A DNA stretch of 64,000 bases from positions 62,001 to 126,000 of the forward strand of contig JAWLHK010000010.1 of assembly GCA_041690355.1 (NCBI GenBank), read 5' to 3'. The notes under the pieces are model-generated. The model was given only the letters and a program-made list of their open reading frames with translations, was not told the origin of the DNA and did not search any database. Source of the DNA: a bacterium. GTDB lineage: Bacteria; J088; JAWLBW01. Below, in pieces: positions 9,561-21,608 of the stretch (positions are counted from its first letter, which is position 1; the number at the start of each line of letters is the position of its first letter). The translations under genes were made by a program, and so were the position numbers.

Positions 9561-10070
9561 CTCCCAGTGTCCGAAGAACGAAAAAAACCGGCCTGTCGGC
9601 GGTCCGTCGAGCGAACCGCAACCGCAATCTGCACCAACCCTCACGGGAAAGAATCCGGAGACCGAAACGGCCTCCTTCGTTCGCTTGGAACGGAACACAG
9701 CTTATTCAAGCCGACCGGTCGTGTCAAGCCAGATCGGCCCCCGTCCGCCGAGATCCGAGCGGGACGCAGGTTTCCGGCGCACGCTTCCGATTTATCGCGG
9801 AATTCCAGCTACTTAAGAAGATATCCACAGGGGCGATCCGGCGACAGCCTTTGTCGAAATGCCCGTAGCCAAGCGATCCGGCTGGTCGCAAAAAAAAACG
9901 TGATTATAGCTGGGGCAAGCTGTGCCTGGCAATGCGGGAAACCTCCTCCGGGGCGCACGCCAGGAGGGGGGCTACCGACCGAGCCCCGCAGTTCGGTGCA
10001 TCGTCCTCTGGTGAGCCCCAGATTGCCAGATTTGAGCGTACCTTCCTTGTAATTATGGTATCATGACTCC

Positions 10071-11258
10071 ATGATTACAAGGATGATAACTCGCCGCCTG
10101 GCCTCCACGCTGCACCAGCGACTGGACGAAGCGCCGGCGGTCGTCCTGGTCGGGCCGCGACAGGTCGGCAAGACTACACTCGCACTTGCCGAAGGCGATG
10201 CGCGCGATGCCGAGTACCTCGATCTCGAGTCTGAGCGTGATCGGGCACGGCTCAGCGAACCCGAACTCTATCTGCCGGAATTCTTCGGGCGCCTGGTGAT
10301 CCTTGACGAGATTCACCGCACGCCAGGGCTTTTCCCCGTACTTCGCGGTCTGATTGATCGCGCCCGACGGCAGGGTTTCCGAACTGGACAGTACCTGCTT
10401 CTCGGTTCCGCTTCGCTCGACCTGATGCGCCAATCGGGCGAATCCCTGGCCGGGCGCGTGAGCTACCTGGAACTGTCTCCCCTCGATGCCCTCGAAGTCT
10501 CAGCGTCTGCTTCATCAGACACCCTGTGGCTGCGCGGAGGTTTCCCCGAAAGCCTGCGGGCGGCCGATGACGTTGCGAGCCTGCGCTGGCGCAAGGATTT
10601 CATCCGGACCTGTCTCGAGCGCGATGTTCCCCAGTTCGGACCGCGCATCGCAACCGAAACCCTGCGGCGCTTCTGGGGCCTCGTCGCGCATCACCACGCC
10701 ACTCTGCTCAATGCCGCACAGCTCGCACGTGGTGTCGGCATCGATGCGAAAACGGCGGCCTCCTACCTGGACCTGCTAGTCGACCTCTTTTTGTTGCGCC
10801 GTCTGCCGGCCTGGCACGCCAACGTCGGTAAGCGGCTCGTCAAATCGCCGAAGATCTACGTTCGTGACAGCGGGCTTCTTCACGTCTTGCTCGGCATCGC
10901 CGACCGCCCGGAGCTGCTCGGTCACCCGATTGTCGAAGCAAGCTGGGAAGGGTTTGTCATCGAGAACCTCCTGGCCGCCGCGGGCGACAGGGCCACGGGC
11001 TACTTCTACCGTACCACCGGCGGCGCAGAGATCGATCTGCTGCTAGTACGTTCCGATGGTAAGCAATGGGCCATCGAGATCAAGCGTTCTCTGAATCCGC
11101 GCCCGCGACGCGGATTCCATGCCGCCTGCGCCGACCTGATGCCCGACGGCCGATTCGTCGTGTATCCCGGCGATAGCGCCTTTCCACTCGGCGACGGCAT
11201 CGAAGCGCTTCCTTTGCCCGCGCTCATGCGGCGAATTGACGCCGGCATGCCCGCCTGA
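10071..11258 (+). CDS. AAA+ ATPase (AAA_14/DUF4143 type) with C-terminal PD-(D/E)XK-like segment
   Basis: GPRQVGKTT, LDEIH, LLGSAS, RGGFP, KRLVKSPK and EIDLL..AIEIK. Confidence 0.88.
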   Translation: MITRMITRRLASTLHQRLDEAPAVVLVGPRQVGKTTLALAEGDARDAEYLDLESERDRARLSEPELYLPEFFGRLVILDEIHRTPGLFPVLRGLIDRARRQGFRTGQYLLLGSASLDLMRQSGESLAGRVSYLELSPLDALEVSASASSDTLWLRGGFPESLRAADDVASLRWRKDFIRTCLERDVPQFGPRIATETLRRFWGLVAHHHATLLNAAQLARGVGIDAKTAASYLDLLVDLFLLRRLPAWHANVGKRLVKSPKIYVRDSGLLHVLLGIADRPELLGHPIVEASWEGFVIENLLAAAGDRATGYFYRTTGGAEIDLLLVRSDGKQWAIEIKRSLNPRPRRGFHAACADLMPDGRFVVYPGDSAFPLGDGIEALPLPALMRRIDAGMPA

Positions 11259-11486
11259 CCGGTCGAAGCCCAGGTGGCAAGGCCTCCTTCGGGCGATGCC
11301 CCGATTCCGCCGCCGCCGGTTTGCAGGCACGCGCCCGCATTGAGTAGAATGGCAGTAGGACAAGCCGGAAGCTCCGCTGACAGTCCGTACGCGGCGACAC
11401 CGTCCCAAAGGACGTCGCGACGGGCGTCTTTTTTTTCGGAGTTCCGCCGTCGGGGTGGATTCTTCAGGGGGAAATGGGGACCCAGT

Positions 11487-13316
<1,830 letters not shown>

Positions 13317-13362
13317 ACCGCAGAGCCGCCCTGTCCGGCAGCGCCCATGGCGGGGCGCCCTC

Positions 13363-15165
13363 GTGAAGTTGCGCATCCCCTCCCGGTTTCTCGAGCGGAT
13401 GAAGCTGCATCAGCAGACCCGCCTGCTCATCATTGCCATCGCCGTCGGTCTCGTTTCCGGCCTGCTCAATGTCGCCTTCCGCTATTCCGTCGAAGGGGTC
13501 GAGCACCTCATGCGGTCTGCGTGGGGCCGGCTGTGGGGCATCGACGCGCTGCGCCTTGACGAGATTCTCGCGGGGGGGAGCGTGCTGGTCGCGCGCTTCG
13601 ACACGGCCTATCTGCTGCTGCCCCTGCTCCCGATCAGCGGCGCCCTGCTCGTCTATCTGATCATGCGCGTCGCCCCCGGGTTTGAAGGGGGCTACACCTT
13701 CCCCAACTTTCTCGTCGCCGTCAATCTGCGCGGGGGGATCATCCGCCTGCGCGAAACCTTCACGAAGGTGCTCGCCGCGGCCGTCACGATCGGCAGCGGG
13801 GCGAGCGCCGGGCTCGAAGGCCCCGTGGCGACGCTCGGGGGGGCGGCCGGTTCGAGCATCGGCCGCTTCATCCAGGCGAGCGGCGCGCGCATGCGGCTTC
13901 TCGTCGCCTGCGGGGTTGCGGCCGCCATCGCCAGCAACTTCAACGCGCCGATCACGGGCGTCCTCTTTGCCTTCGAAATCGTCCTGCTCGCCAACTACGA
14001 GCTGACCAGCTTCGGCGCCATCGTCATCGCCTCGGGCGTCGGCACGGTCGTCTCGCGCTGGGCGTTCGGCGATGCCTCGGCCTTTCATCCGCCCGTTTTT
14101 ACCCTGCAGCATTATTGGGAACTGGGGCTCTACGCGGCGCTCGGCGTGCTTTGCGGCGTGTTCGGCGGTCTTTTCATCCGCTTCTTCTACTGGGTCAAGG
14201 GCCGCTTCGAGGCCGTGCCCGGCCGCCGCTTCACGAAGCTGATGATCGGAGCGGTTTCGGTCGGCATCATCGCCATCGCTTTTCCCCAGGTCATGGGGGC
14301 CGGATACAACGTCATTCAGGCCTCGCTCACCGCAGCCTATCCGCCCACGTTCGTGCTCGGCGTCTTCCTCGCCAAAGCCGCGGCCACGGCGCTCACGCTC
14401 GGATCGGGGATGGTCGGCGGAATGTTCGGCCCGCCGCTCGTGCTCGGCACGATGCTCGGCAGCGGTTTCGCGGGCCTGCTCCAGATGCTCTTCGCACTCC
14501 CCATCAAAGGGGCCGGATTCGCGGTCGTGGGCATGGGCGGCTTTCTCACCGCCGTGACCCGCGCCCCGCTCACGAGCCTCTTTCTGCTCTTCGAGCTGAC
14601 GGGGAGTTACGAGGTGGTCGTACCGGCGATGTTCACGTCAATCATGGCCCTGGTCGTGAGCGGGCGCGTCAGCCGGCGCAGCATCGACGGCGTGCAGCTG
14701 CACAACATGGGGGTCGAGTTCGAAGAGGGGCACGACACCTCGGTGCTCGGATCGATTCTCGTGCGCGACGTCATGCAGCCGGGCTTCACGGTCATCAACC
14801 ACCGCACCCCATTCCGCGAGCTCATCAAGCTCTTCACGCGCACGCAGGAAACCTACTTCCCCGTCGTCGACGATGACGGGCGCATGCAGGGGATCCTCAG
14901 CTTCCAGGACGTGCGCGGGGTTCTCTTCGAAGAGTCGCTGGCGAACCTGCTCGTCGCCGGCGAACTGGCGACCAAGGACGTCATCACCCTGGCGCCCCAG
15001 GACACGCTGCAGCTGGCCATGCGCCGGTTCAACCTCAAGGACATCACGTCCATCCCCGTCGTCGATCCCCTCGATTCCCGCAAGGTCCTCGGCATGCTGC
15101 GCCGCAAGGACGTACTCGACGCCTACAACCGCGAGCTGCTGCGGCGGGATGTGACGGCGGCCTGA
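13363..15165 (+). CDS. CLC family chloride channel/transporter with C-terminal CBS pair
   Basis: GLEGP, FNAPITGVLFAFE and GGMFGP motifs, many TM helices, CBS domains; start uncertain (13363 GTG or 13399 ATG). Confidence 0.92.
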   Translation: MKLRIPSRFLERMKLHQQTRLLIIAIAVGLVSGLLNVAFRYSVEGVEHLMRSAWGRLWGIDALRLDEILAGGSVLVARFDTAYLLLPLLPISGALLVYLIMRVAPGFEGGYTFPNFLVAVNLRGGIIRLRETFTKVLAAAVTIGSGASAGLEGPVATLGGAAGSSIGRFIQASGARMRLLVACGVAAAIASNFNAPITGVLFAFEIVLLANYELTSFGAIVIASGVGTVVSRWAFGDASAFHPPVFTLQHYWELGLYAALGVLCGVFGGLFIRFFYWVKGRFEAVPGRRFTKLMIGAVSVGIIAIAFPQVMGAGYNVIQASLTAAYPPTFVLGVFLAKAAATALTLGSGMVGGMFGPPLVLGTMLGSGFAGLLQMLFALPIKGAGFAVVGMGGFLTAVTRAPLTSLFLLFELTGSYEVVVPAMFTSIMALVVSGRVSRRSIDGVQLHNMGVEFEEGHDTSVLGSILVRDVMQPGFTVINHRTPFRELIKLFTRTQETYFPVVDDDGRMQGILSFQDVRGVLFEESLANLLVAGELATKDVITLAPQDTLQLAMRRFNLKDITSIPVVDPLDSRKVLGMLRRKDVLDAYNRELLRRDVTAA

Positions 15166-15169
15166 GTCG

Positions 15170-15205
15170 GACCCCCCTGTCGTCCCCCGAGGGGGACCCG
15201 AAACG
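15170..15205. repeat. Dispersed REP-like element, copy 1
   Basis: Reverse complement is nearly identical to 60064-60100. Confidence 0.75.
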
Positions 15206-15399
15206 AATGCTTCTCTTGCGAACCGGCTAATGCCTTGTGCTCAAGCAGCCTGGCCTGCATGCTGCGGACACATCGAGTGAGACTGCCCTCGAACCGGTAC
15301 ACCCTGAACTGGGTATTGCCCGCGGATATCACTTCGGGGTAGAGTGGTTGATCTGTGAAAAACAGGCTCGCCGCTCGTGGGCCAGACCGGGAGGCTTCC

Positions 15400-18300
15400 A
15401 TGCGCCATGCGTTCGCTCGACTACTCCTGCCTCTGGCACTTCTTGCCGGATGCGATACCGAAGAGCCGGCGCCCGCCGGTACGGCCACTGAGGGAGAGGC
15501 AAACCAGCCGCCGACGGTGGTGGCGGTAAGCCTCGGGGAGGGACCCTGGTACACGGACGACCGGTTGACGGCAGTTCCTCAGGGTGCAGAAGATCCGGAC
15601 GGTGACCCGGTCTCGTTCTCCTACCAGTGGTATGTGAACGACATTCCGGTGGTCGGCGCCGTAGACGATAGCCTTTCTGGCGCCTCGTTCAACGCTTTCG
15701 ATTCCGTCTTCGTGCAGGTGACCCCCTCCGACGGCGCCGCCGAGGGCGACCCGGTCAATTCGGGCCCCATCGTCATTGCGAACACGCCTCCTTCCTTCTC
15801 CAAACTCATGATCGGCGCCGGCCCATACCGGTCTGACCTTCCCCTGACCGTTTATCCAGGTGGCTGGCAGGATCCTGATGGCGACGGGGAAGAATACCGC
15901 TTCGCCTGGTATGTGAACGGCACGCGAATCACCGGCGCCGTCATGCCTTTTCTCGAACCATCGGCATTCGAGCGCGGCGATACGGTGCGGGTCGAAGCGG
16001 TCGCGCATGACGGATACGACGCGGGTGAGCTTCGAACGCTCACGGTGACGATCGCGAATGCACCCCCGCGTCTTGCTGCGGCCACGCTTGAGCCCGGCCC
16101 CTGGTTCACCGGCGACAGCATCACGGTCACGCCGATGGGCGCGTCGGATCCGGACGGCGACGAAGTGCACTTCGCATACCGGTGGTGGGTCGACGATTCC
16201 GAAGCAGAAGTCACGGCAGCGACGCTCCCGTCTGCCTACTTCGCCAAAGGACAGACCGTTCGCGCCGAGGTGATTCCGTGGGACGGTGCCGAAGCCGGCG
16301 CCTCTCTTTTCTCCAACACAGTCACGATTCAGAACAGCGCGCCCACCCCGCCGACCATCACGCTCGAGCCGCAATCGCTCGTGGGGTCGGCGGGCTTCTG
16401 GGTTCAAATTTCCGCGGCGGCAGCCGACCGGGATGGCGACGTGGTCTCCCTTTCCTTCACCTGGTTCAGAAACGGCGTTCCCATGGGCTATCCCGTCGAC
16501 ACGACGTTCGTTGCTTCGACGGAGTACGCCGAAGGTGACGAGTGGGTGGTTACCGTGAACGCGAGCGACGGAATGACCTCGGCAATGGCAACGGCCGTCC
16601 GGGAGATTCAGCTTCAGGGTGCTGCCGCGGTCTTTGCAGGCAGCGGTCACAGCTGTCTGATCACCAGCCTCGGGCGCCTGCGCTGCTGGGGTTCGAACAC
16701 CTTCGCCGAGTTGGGATTCGGCGTCGGGTCGTTCGATCAGCTCACCCCGGCCGACGTTATCGGGATAGACTCGCCGGTGGTATCGGCGGCGCTCGGCGCG
16801 GCCCATACATGCGCTCTCGATGCGAACGGTTACGTATATTGCTGGGGACTGAACAGCAGCGCGGCTGTGGGCATCGGGTCGAATACAAGTTATGTCGCTT
16901 ACCCTACCCTTGTGACCGGCCTCCCGGGCCCAGCACGCTTCGTCGCCAGCCAGGGAAACCATACCTGCACGGTTCTGCAGACCGGCGGTGTGATGTGCTG
17001 GGGATTGAACGATTACGGCCAAATCGGCAACGGTGCCTCCGGCGCTCGCGTGACCGAACCGGCAGACGTGGTCGGGCTCGCTGCAGAAGCGGTCACCATC
17101 GCGACCGGAATCTATCACAGCTGTGCGATTCTCAGGGATGGCCGGATCCAATGCTGGGGCGACAACACTTTCGGCCAATTGGCAACCGGGGCCGCGGCCG
17201 GCTTCGAGACGGCACCGACCGCGCCGATGAGCCTGACCGAACCCGCCGTTTCTCTTCTGGCAGGCTGGATGCATACCTGCGCCTTGTTGAAGGGGGGTAC
17301 GGTGCAGTGCTGGGGCGGAAACTCAGTCGGCCAGCTTGGTAACGGCACGTTCGCCACCAGCCAGCCGTATCCCAGCGAGGTCGAAGGACTGACAGGCGTT
17401 CGCTCCATCAGCGGCGGGCCCCGCCACAACTGTGCCGTGCTTGCGGCCGGCGACGTCTGGTGCTGGGGCTATGACGCAGAGGTAATACCCGGCGCCGAGA
17501 CCGTTCACCATGCTCCGACGCCGGTTCGGGTCGAGCTGCTGACCGAACCGGTTGCCCACGCAGCGGTAGGAATCACCCATACCTGTGCCCTGACTTCGGC
17601 GCAGGGGGTTCGGTGCTGGGGCATCAACGCCTACGGCCAGCTCGGTACGGGGCAACAGGGGCGCAACGTGACGTCGCCTGTAGAAGTGGGTACGTTCCAG
17701 GCGTCAAGGATAACGGCAGGCCATGAACATACCTGCTTTGTGGGAGAGAGCGGATCGGTCCTGTGCGCCGGCCGAAACGAGGCCGGCCAAACCTTCGCCC
17801 CGGTGCCGAAAGAGACCGTATGGGTGTGGGTGATCGCCAGCGACATGGACGACGAGTACCTCGAGGTCGCTGCGGGCGAGAAGCACACGTGCGGAATCCT
17901 CTCTACCGGTGCAGTACGATGCTGGGGTGACAACTCGCTCGGCCAACTGGGCAGTACGTTTGGTTCCGTCGATCTTTCGGGTGATTCTGCGCGCAAGGTC
18001 GCGGCTGGTCGTGACCATACCTGTGTCGTTCTCGAGGAATCTGGCACCGTGCGTTGCTGGGGCTCCAATCACAGCATGCAGATCGGCGACATGGCTACGG
18101 TCGGGTCCGAGGCCTGGCTCCCCACCGAAATCAGCGGACTTGCCGGCGTCACAGAAATCGCCGCAGGCTCCTACCACACCTGCGCCCTCGCCGGCGGCAA
18201 CGTATTCTGCTGGGGAGAGAATATGGGATGGCAGAGCGGCGTAGCATACGAAGACTATGTGACCGAGCCGACCAACGTGCCGCTTGCCGGTCCTGCGGTT

Positions 18301-18750
18301 GCTGTCGCGGCAGGCGAGTATCATTCCTGCGCGGTACTGGCCGACGGCAACGCGTACTGTTGGGGCAGCAACCTGTACGGCCAGTTGGGCGACGGCGTCA
18401 CACGGGGCACGACAGTTTCGCCGGTCCCTGTTGCCGGGGTGACCAATCTGACCGGTGTTGAAGCAGGCGAACACCACTCCTGTGCCGTGAATGTCTCTGG
18501 TGCGGTTTTCTGCTGGGGACAGAATGACGACGGCCGCGTCGGCGACGGTTTTTACGGATTCATGCGAAACCAGCTGACAGCCCGCCAGGTCGACATCCCT
18601 GAGCCCGTAATGTCGCTGTCTCTTGGCGGGAGGCACTCGTGCGCGGTCACGGCCGATGATCGGGCCTTCTGCTGGGGCGACAACAGCCGAGGGCAGGTGA
18701 GGGGGAGCCTCATGGTCATGCAGGGCCCTTCAGCCGTTGTCGGGTACTGA
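15400..18750 (+). CDS. Large lipoprotein with ~4 N-terminal Ig-like repeats and RCC1/BLIP-II-type beta-propeller repeats
   Basis: Lipobox LLAGC; repeated DPDGD..F.Y.W units; many HTC...CWG.N..GQLG repeats. Confidence 0.9.
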   Translation: MRHAFARLLLPLALLAGCDTEEPAPAGTATEGEANQPPTVVAVSLGEGPWYTDDRLTAVPQGAEDPDGDPVSFSYQWYVNDIPVVGAVDDSLSGASFNAFDSVFVQVTPSDGAAEGDPVNSGPIVIANTPPSFSKLMIGAGPYRSDLPLTVYPGGWQDPDGDGEEYRFAWYVNGTRITGAVMPFLEPSAFERGDTVRVEAVAHDGYDAGELRTLTVTIANAPPRLAAATLEPGPWFTGDSITVTPMGASDPDGDEVHFAYRWWVDDSEAEVTAATLPSAYFAKGQTVRAEVIPWDGAEAGASLFSNTVTIQNSAPTPPTITLEPQSLVGSAGFWVQISAAAADRDGDVVSLSFTWFRNGVPMGYPVDTTFVASTEYAEGDEWVVTVNASDGMTSAMATAVREIQLQGAAAVFAGSGHSCLITSLGRLRCWGSNTFAELGFGVGSFDQLTPADVIGIDSPVVSAALGAAHTCALDANGYVYCWGLNSSAAVGIGSNTSYVAYPTLVTGLPGPARFVASQGNHTCTVLQTGGVMCWGLNDYGQIGNGASGARVTEPADVVGLAAEAVTIATGIYHSCAILRDGRIQCWGDNTFGQLATGAAAGFETAPTAPMSLTEPAVSLLAGWMHTCALLKGGTVQCWGGNSVGQLGNGTFATSQPYPSEVEGLTGVRSISGGPRHNCAVLAAGDVWCWGYDAEVIPGAETVHHAPTPVRVELLTEPVAHAAVGITHTCALTSAQGVRCWGINAYGQLGTGQQGRNVTSPVEVGTFQASRITAGHEHTCFVGESGSVLCAGRNEAGQTFAPVPKETVWVWVIASDMDDEYLEVAAGEKHTCGILSTGAVRCWGDNSLGQLGSTFGSVDLSGDSARKVAAGRDHTCVVLEESGTVRCWGSNHSMQIGDMATVGSEAWLPTEISGLAGVTEIAAGSYHTCALAGGNVFCWGENMGWQSGVAYEDYVTEPTNVPLAGPAVAVAAGEYHSCAVLADGNAYCWGSNLYGQLGDGVTRGTTVSPVPVAGVTNLTGVEAGEHHSCAVNVSGAVFCWGQNDDGRVGDGFYGFMRNQLTARQVDIPEPVMSLSLGGRHSCAVTADDRAFCWGDNSRGQVRGSLMVMQGPSAVVGY

Positions 18751-18997
18751 ACCTCCTGACAACCGATTCCCCACTGCCGAAAAAGCGCCGCCCAGGCTGC
18801 ATGCCTCGTCGTCAGCGCATCCGCAGCGAAGCACCGGAGATGTACGGCCTGAGTGGTATCCGTATGGCTCCCGCAGCTCGTCAAATCAGCACCAATCTGG
18901 TACGATATCCAGTTCACCCACGGTTCGGAGCCGCCTGCCATGCCGCTGTGCACGCGGGGGGCCGGACGCCCGGGGGAATCTGTTGCGTGAAGGAATC

Positions 18998-20038
18998 ATG
19001 ACGAAGAAGGTCAAAGCGGTCGGATTGCTCTCCGGCGGACTCGACAGCACGCTCGCGGCCGCCATGCTGCAGAAGCAGGGGATCGAGGTGCTCGGGCTGA
19101 ACCTGTACACCGGGTTCTGCGTCACCGAGACCAAGCGGCGCACGGGCGCCTACAAGCCCGAGGAGTACAAGCCGAACGAGGCCCTGAAGTCGGGCGGCGA
19201 TCTGGAGATTCCGGTCGAGATCGTCGACATTGCGGAAGAGGGCTACTTCAACGTCATCAAGAATCCGCGCTACGGGCGGGGTAAGAACATCAACCCCTGC
19301 ATCGACTGCCGCATCTTCATGTTCCAGCGCGCGAAGAAGTACATGGAAGAGGTCGGCGCCGACTTCATCTTCACCGGCGAGGTGCTCGGGCAGCGCCCCA
19401 TGAGCCAGCACCGCCAGGCCATGCAGATCATCGAAGAGCGCGCCGGGCTCAAAGGACTGCTGCTGCGTCCGCTCAGCGCGAAGCTGCTCGATCCGACGCT
19501 TCCCGAGCAGGACGGCCGCGTCGACCGCGAGCGCCTGGGCGATCTCAACGGCCGTTCGCGCAAGCCGCAGCTGCAGATGGCCGTCGACTTCGGCCTGACC
19601 GACTGGGCCCAGCCGGCCGGCGGCTGCTGCTATCTGACGGATGAAAACTTCGCGCGCAAGTTCACCGATCTCTTCCATCACGATCCCGAGCGCGACCTGA
19701 CCAAGCGCGAGGCGAATCTGCTCGCCATCGGCCGCCACTTCCGCCTGAGCCCGCGGGTGAAGTTCATCGTCGGGCGCAACGAGGGGGAGAACCGGGCCCT
19801 GCTGGCCGAGCAGCAGAACGATCTGTGCGTCGCGCCCGAAGAAGAGGTCAACGGGCCGACCTCGCTGATTCAGGGGCCCGCCTCGGCCGAAGACATCCGT
19901 CTCGTGGCGGCGGCGACGGCGCGCTACAGCGACGTGAAGGACGGACCCGTACGTATCCGCCTCTTCGGCCCCGGCCGGGAGGAATGGCTCGAAGTCGAGC
20001 CGCTGGCCGCCGAAACGCTCGAGCCGCTGCGGATCTGA
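18998..20038 (+). CDS. PP-loop tRNA thiolation-like protein (ThiI/MnmA-related, DUF814-associated family)
   Basis: SGGLDS PP-loop, NPCIDC, TGEVLGQRPMSQ, PAGGCC and GRHFR. Confidence 0.85.
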   Translation: MTKKVKAVGLLSGGLDSTLAAAMLQKQGIEVLGLNLYTGFCVTETKRRTGAYKPEEYKPNEALKSGGDLEIPVEIVDIAEEGYFNVIKNPRYGRGKNINPCIDCRIFMFQRAKKYMEEVGADFIFTGEVLGQRPMSQHRQAMQIIEERAGLKGLLLRPLSAKLLDPTLPEQDGRVDRERLGDLNGRSRKPQLQMAVDFGLTDWAQPAGGCCYLTDENFARKFTDLFHHDPERDLTKREANLLAIGRHFRLSPRVKFIVGRNEGENRALLAEQQNDLCVAPEEEVNGPTSLIQGPASAEDIRLVAAATARYSDVKDGPVRIRLFGPGREEWLEVEPLAAETLEPLRI

Positions 20039-20128
20039 GGCGCCGGGCCGCAGAACCGGCGCCGCGCAACGGGGCCCGCCCGCGCCTCACATTCGTTACA
20101 ATGAAATTTACCTCGTGGGAACTTGAAC

Positions 20129-21241
20129 ATGGCCAACATCGAACAGATCCGTGACGCTCTGAAGCACGTCGTCTATCCCGGTATGACCCGCGACATCGTT
20201 TCCTTCGGCATGGTGCAGGACATCGCCATCGCGCTGGATACGGGCAAGGTCACCGTCACGCTCGACTGGAAGAATTCGAGCCCGCAGGTGCAGGATCAGA
20301 TCGCCGCCGCCGTGCGCATCGCCGTCGCCCAGAAGGTCGAGGGTATCTCTTCGGTCGAGGTGCCGACCGGCGCCGATCACACGCCGCGCCAGGGGGGCGC
20401 CAACGGCGGGCTCGATCCCTGGGCGGGCCGCAAGCCGATTACCGGGGTCGAGACCGTGGTCGCCGTCGCGTCGGGCAAAGGGGGCGTGGGCAAATCGACG
20501 GTGGCGACGAACCTGGCCGTCGGGCTGGCGAAACTCGGGAAGAAGGTCGGCCTCGTCGACGCCGACATCTACGGTCCCAGCGTGCATCTGATGTTCGGCG
20601 CGCGCGATCTGCGCCCGGCCAGCCACGACGGCAAGACCCTCGAGCCGTTCATCATGCACGGCGTGAAGTTCATGAGCGTGGGTCTGCTCGTCGGCGAGAA
20701 CACGCCGGTCATCTGGCGCGGGCCGATGGTCATGAAGATGATCGACCAGTTCCTGCGCGAAGTGAACTGGGGCCAGCTCGACGTGCTCGTCGTCGACCTG
20801 CCGCCGGGCACCGGCGACGCGCAGCTTTCGCTCGTCCAGAAGGTTCCGCTCACGGGCGCGGTCATCGTGACCACCCCGCAGAACGTGGCCCTGGCCGACG
20901 CCGTGCGCGGCCTCGAGATGTTCAAGCGGGTCGAGGTGCCGGTGATCGGCCTGGTCGAGAACATGAGCACCTTTCACTGCCCGCAGTGCGGCCATGAGGA
21001 GCACATCTTTCGCCAGGGGGGCGGCGCGCGCACGGCCGAAGATCTGAAAATTCCCTTCCTGGGCGACATTCCCCTGAACGCCAACGTGTGTCAGGCTGGA
21101 GATCAGGGGACGCCGGTCATCGTGGCCGATCCGGAATCGCCTTCGGCGAAAGCGCTGCAGGGCGTGGCCGAGAAGGTCGCCGCCTACCTCGACGCCGTCC
21201 CCAGGCAGAAGGCCGTGCCCAAGCTGAACATCGTCAGCTGA
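20129..21241 (+). CDS. apbC: Mrp/NBP35 (ApbC) Fe-S cluster carrier ATPase
   Basis: SGKGGVGKST, DADIYGPS, WRGPM, DLPPGTGD and ENMS..CPQC. Confidence 0.93.
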   Translation: MANIEQIRDALKHVVYPGMTRDIVSFGMVQDIAIALDTGKVTVTLDWKNSSPQVQDQIAAAVRIAVAQKVEGISSVEVPTGADHTPRQGGANGGLDPWAGRKPITGVETVVAVASGKGGVGKSTVATNLAVGLAKLGKKVGLVDADIYGPSVHLMFGARDLRPASHDGKTLEPFIMHGVKFMSVGLLVGENTPVIWRGPMVMKMIDQFLREVNWGQLDVLVVDLPPGTGDAQLSLVQKVPLTGAVIVTTPQNVALADAVRGLEMFKRVEVPVIGLVENMSTFHCPQCGHEEHIFRQGGGARTAEDLKIPFLGDIPLNANVCQAGDQGTPVIVADPESPSAKALQGVAEKVAAYLDAVPRQKAVPKLNIVS

Positions 21242-21302
21242 CGCACAGCGATTGGCGATTGGCGTCGCGGCGCCGTACCGCCGTGACGCGAGGAGTTCCC
21301 GG

Positions 21303-21581
21303 GTGTTTCAGAAGGCCAAACGGATCACGCTGGGAATCCTCTTTCTTGCGCTCGCCGCGTCGGGGGCCGTCATCCCCATCATGCCGGGCTGGCCGTTTCT
21401 CGTGCTCGCGCTCGTCATCCTGAGCCGCGACCTTCCGTTTCTGCGACCGCTGCGCCATCGGCTCGAAGCCCGTTTTCCCCGTCTGCGCGAGCCCATCGCC
21501 CGGTGGGAGGCGCGTCTGGGGCTCATCGATCCCCTTGCCGAGCGCGACGAGAATCCACAGGCGGACGGCGGCCACCCGTAG
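21303..21581 (+). CDS. Small membrane protein (PGPGW/DUF454-like)
   Basis: GAVIPIMPGWPFL hydrophobic hairpin; GGAG upstream of GTG 21303. Confidence 0.6.
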   Translation: MFQKAKRITLGILFLALAASGAVIPIMPGWPFLVLALVILSRDLPFLRPLRHRLEARFPRLREPIARWEARLGLIDPLAERDENPQADGGHP

Positions 21582-21608
21582 GCGCCGGCCCGCCTCGCCG
21601 GCCGCCGA

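Noticed and set aside
11259-11486. glmS ribozyme upstream of glmS
   Set aside because: The conserved AGCGCC...GACGAGG core is not visible
18751-18990. Possible gene remnant after the RCC1 gene
   Set aside because: No recognisable motif in the frames I could read
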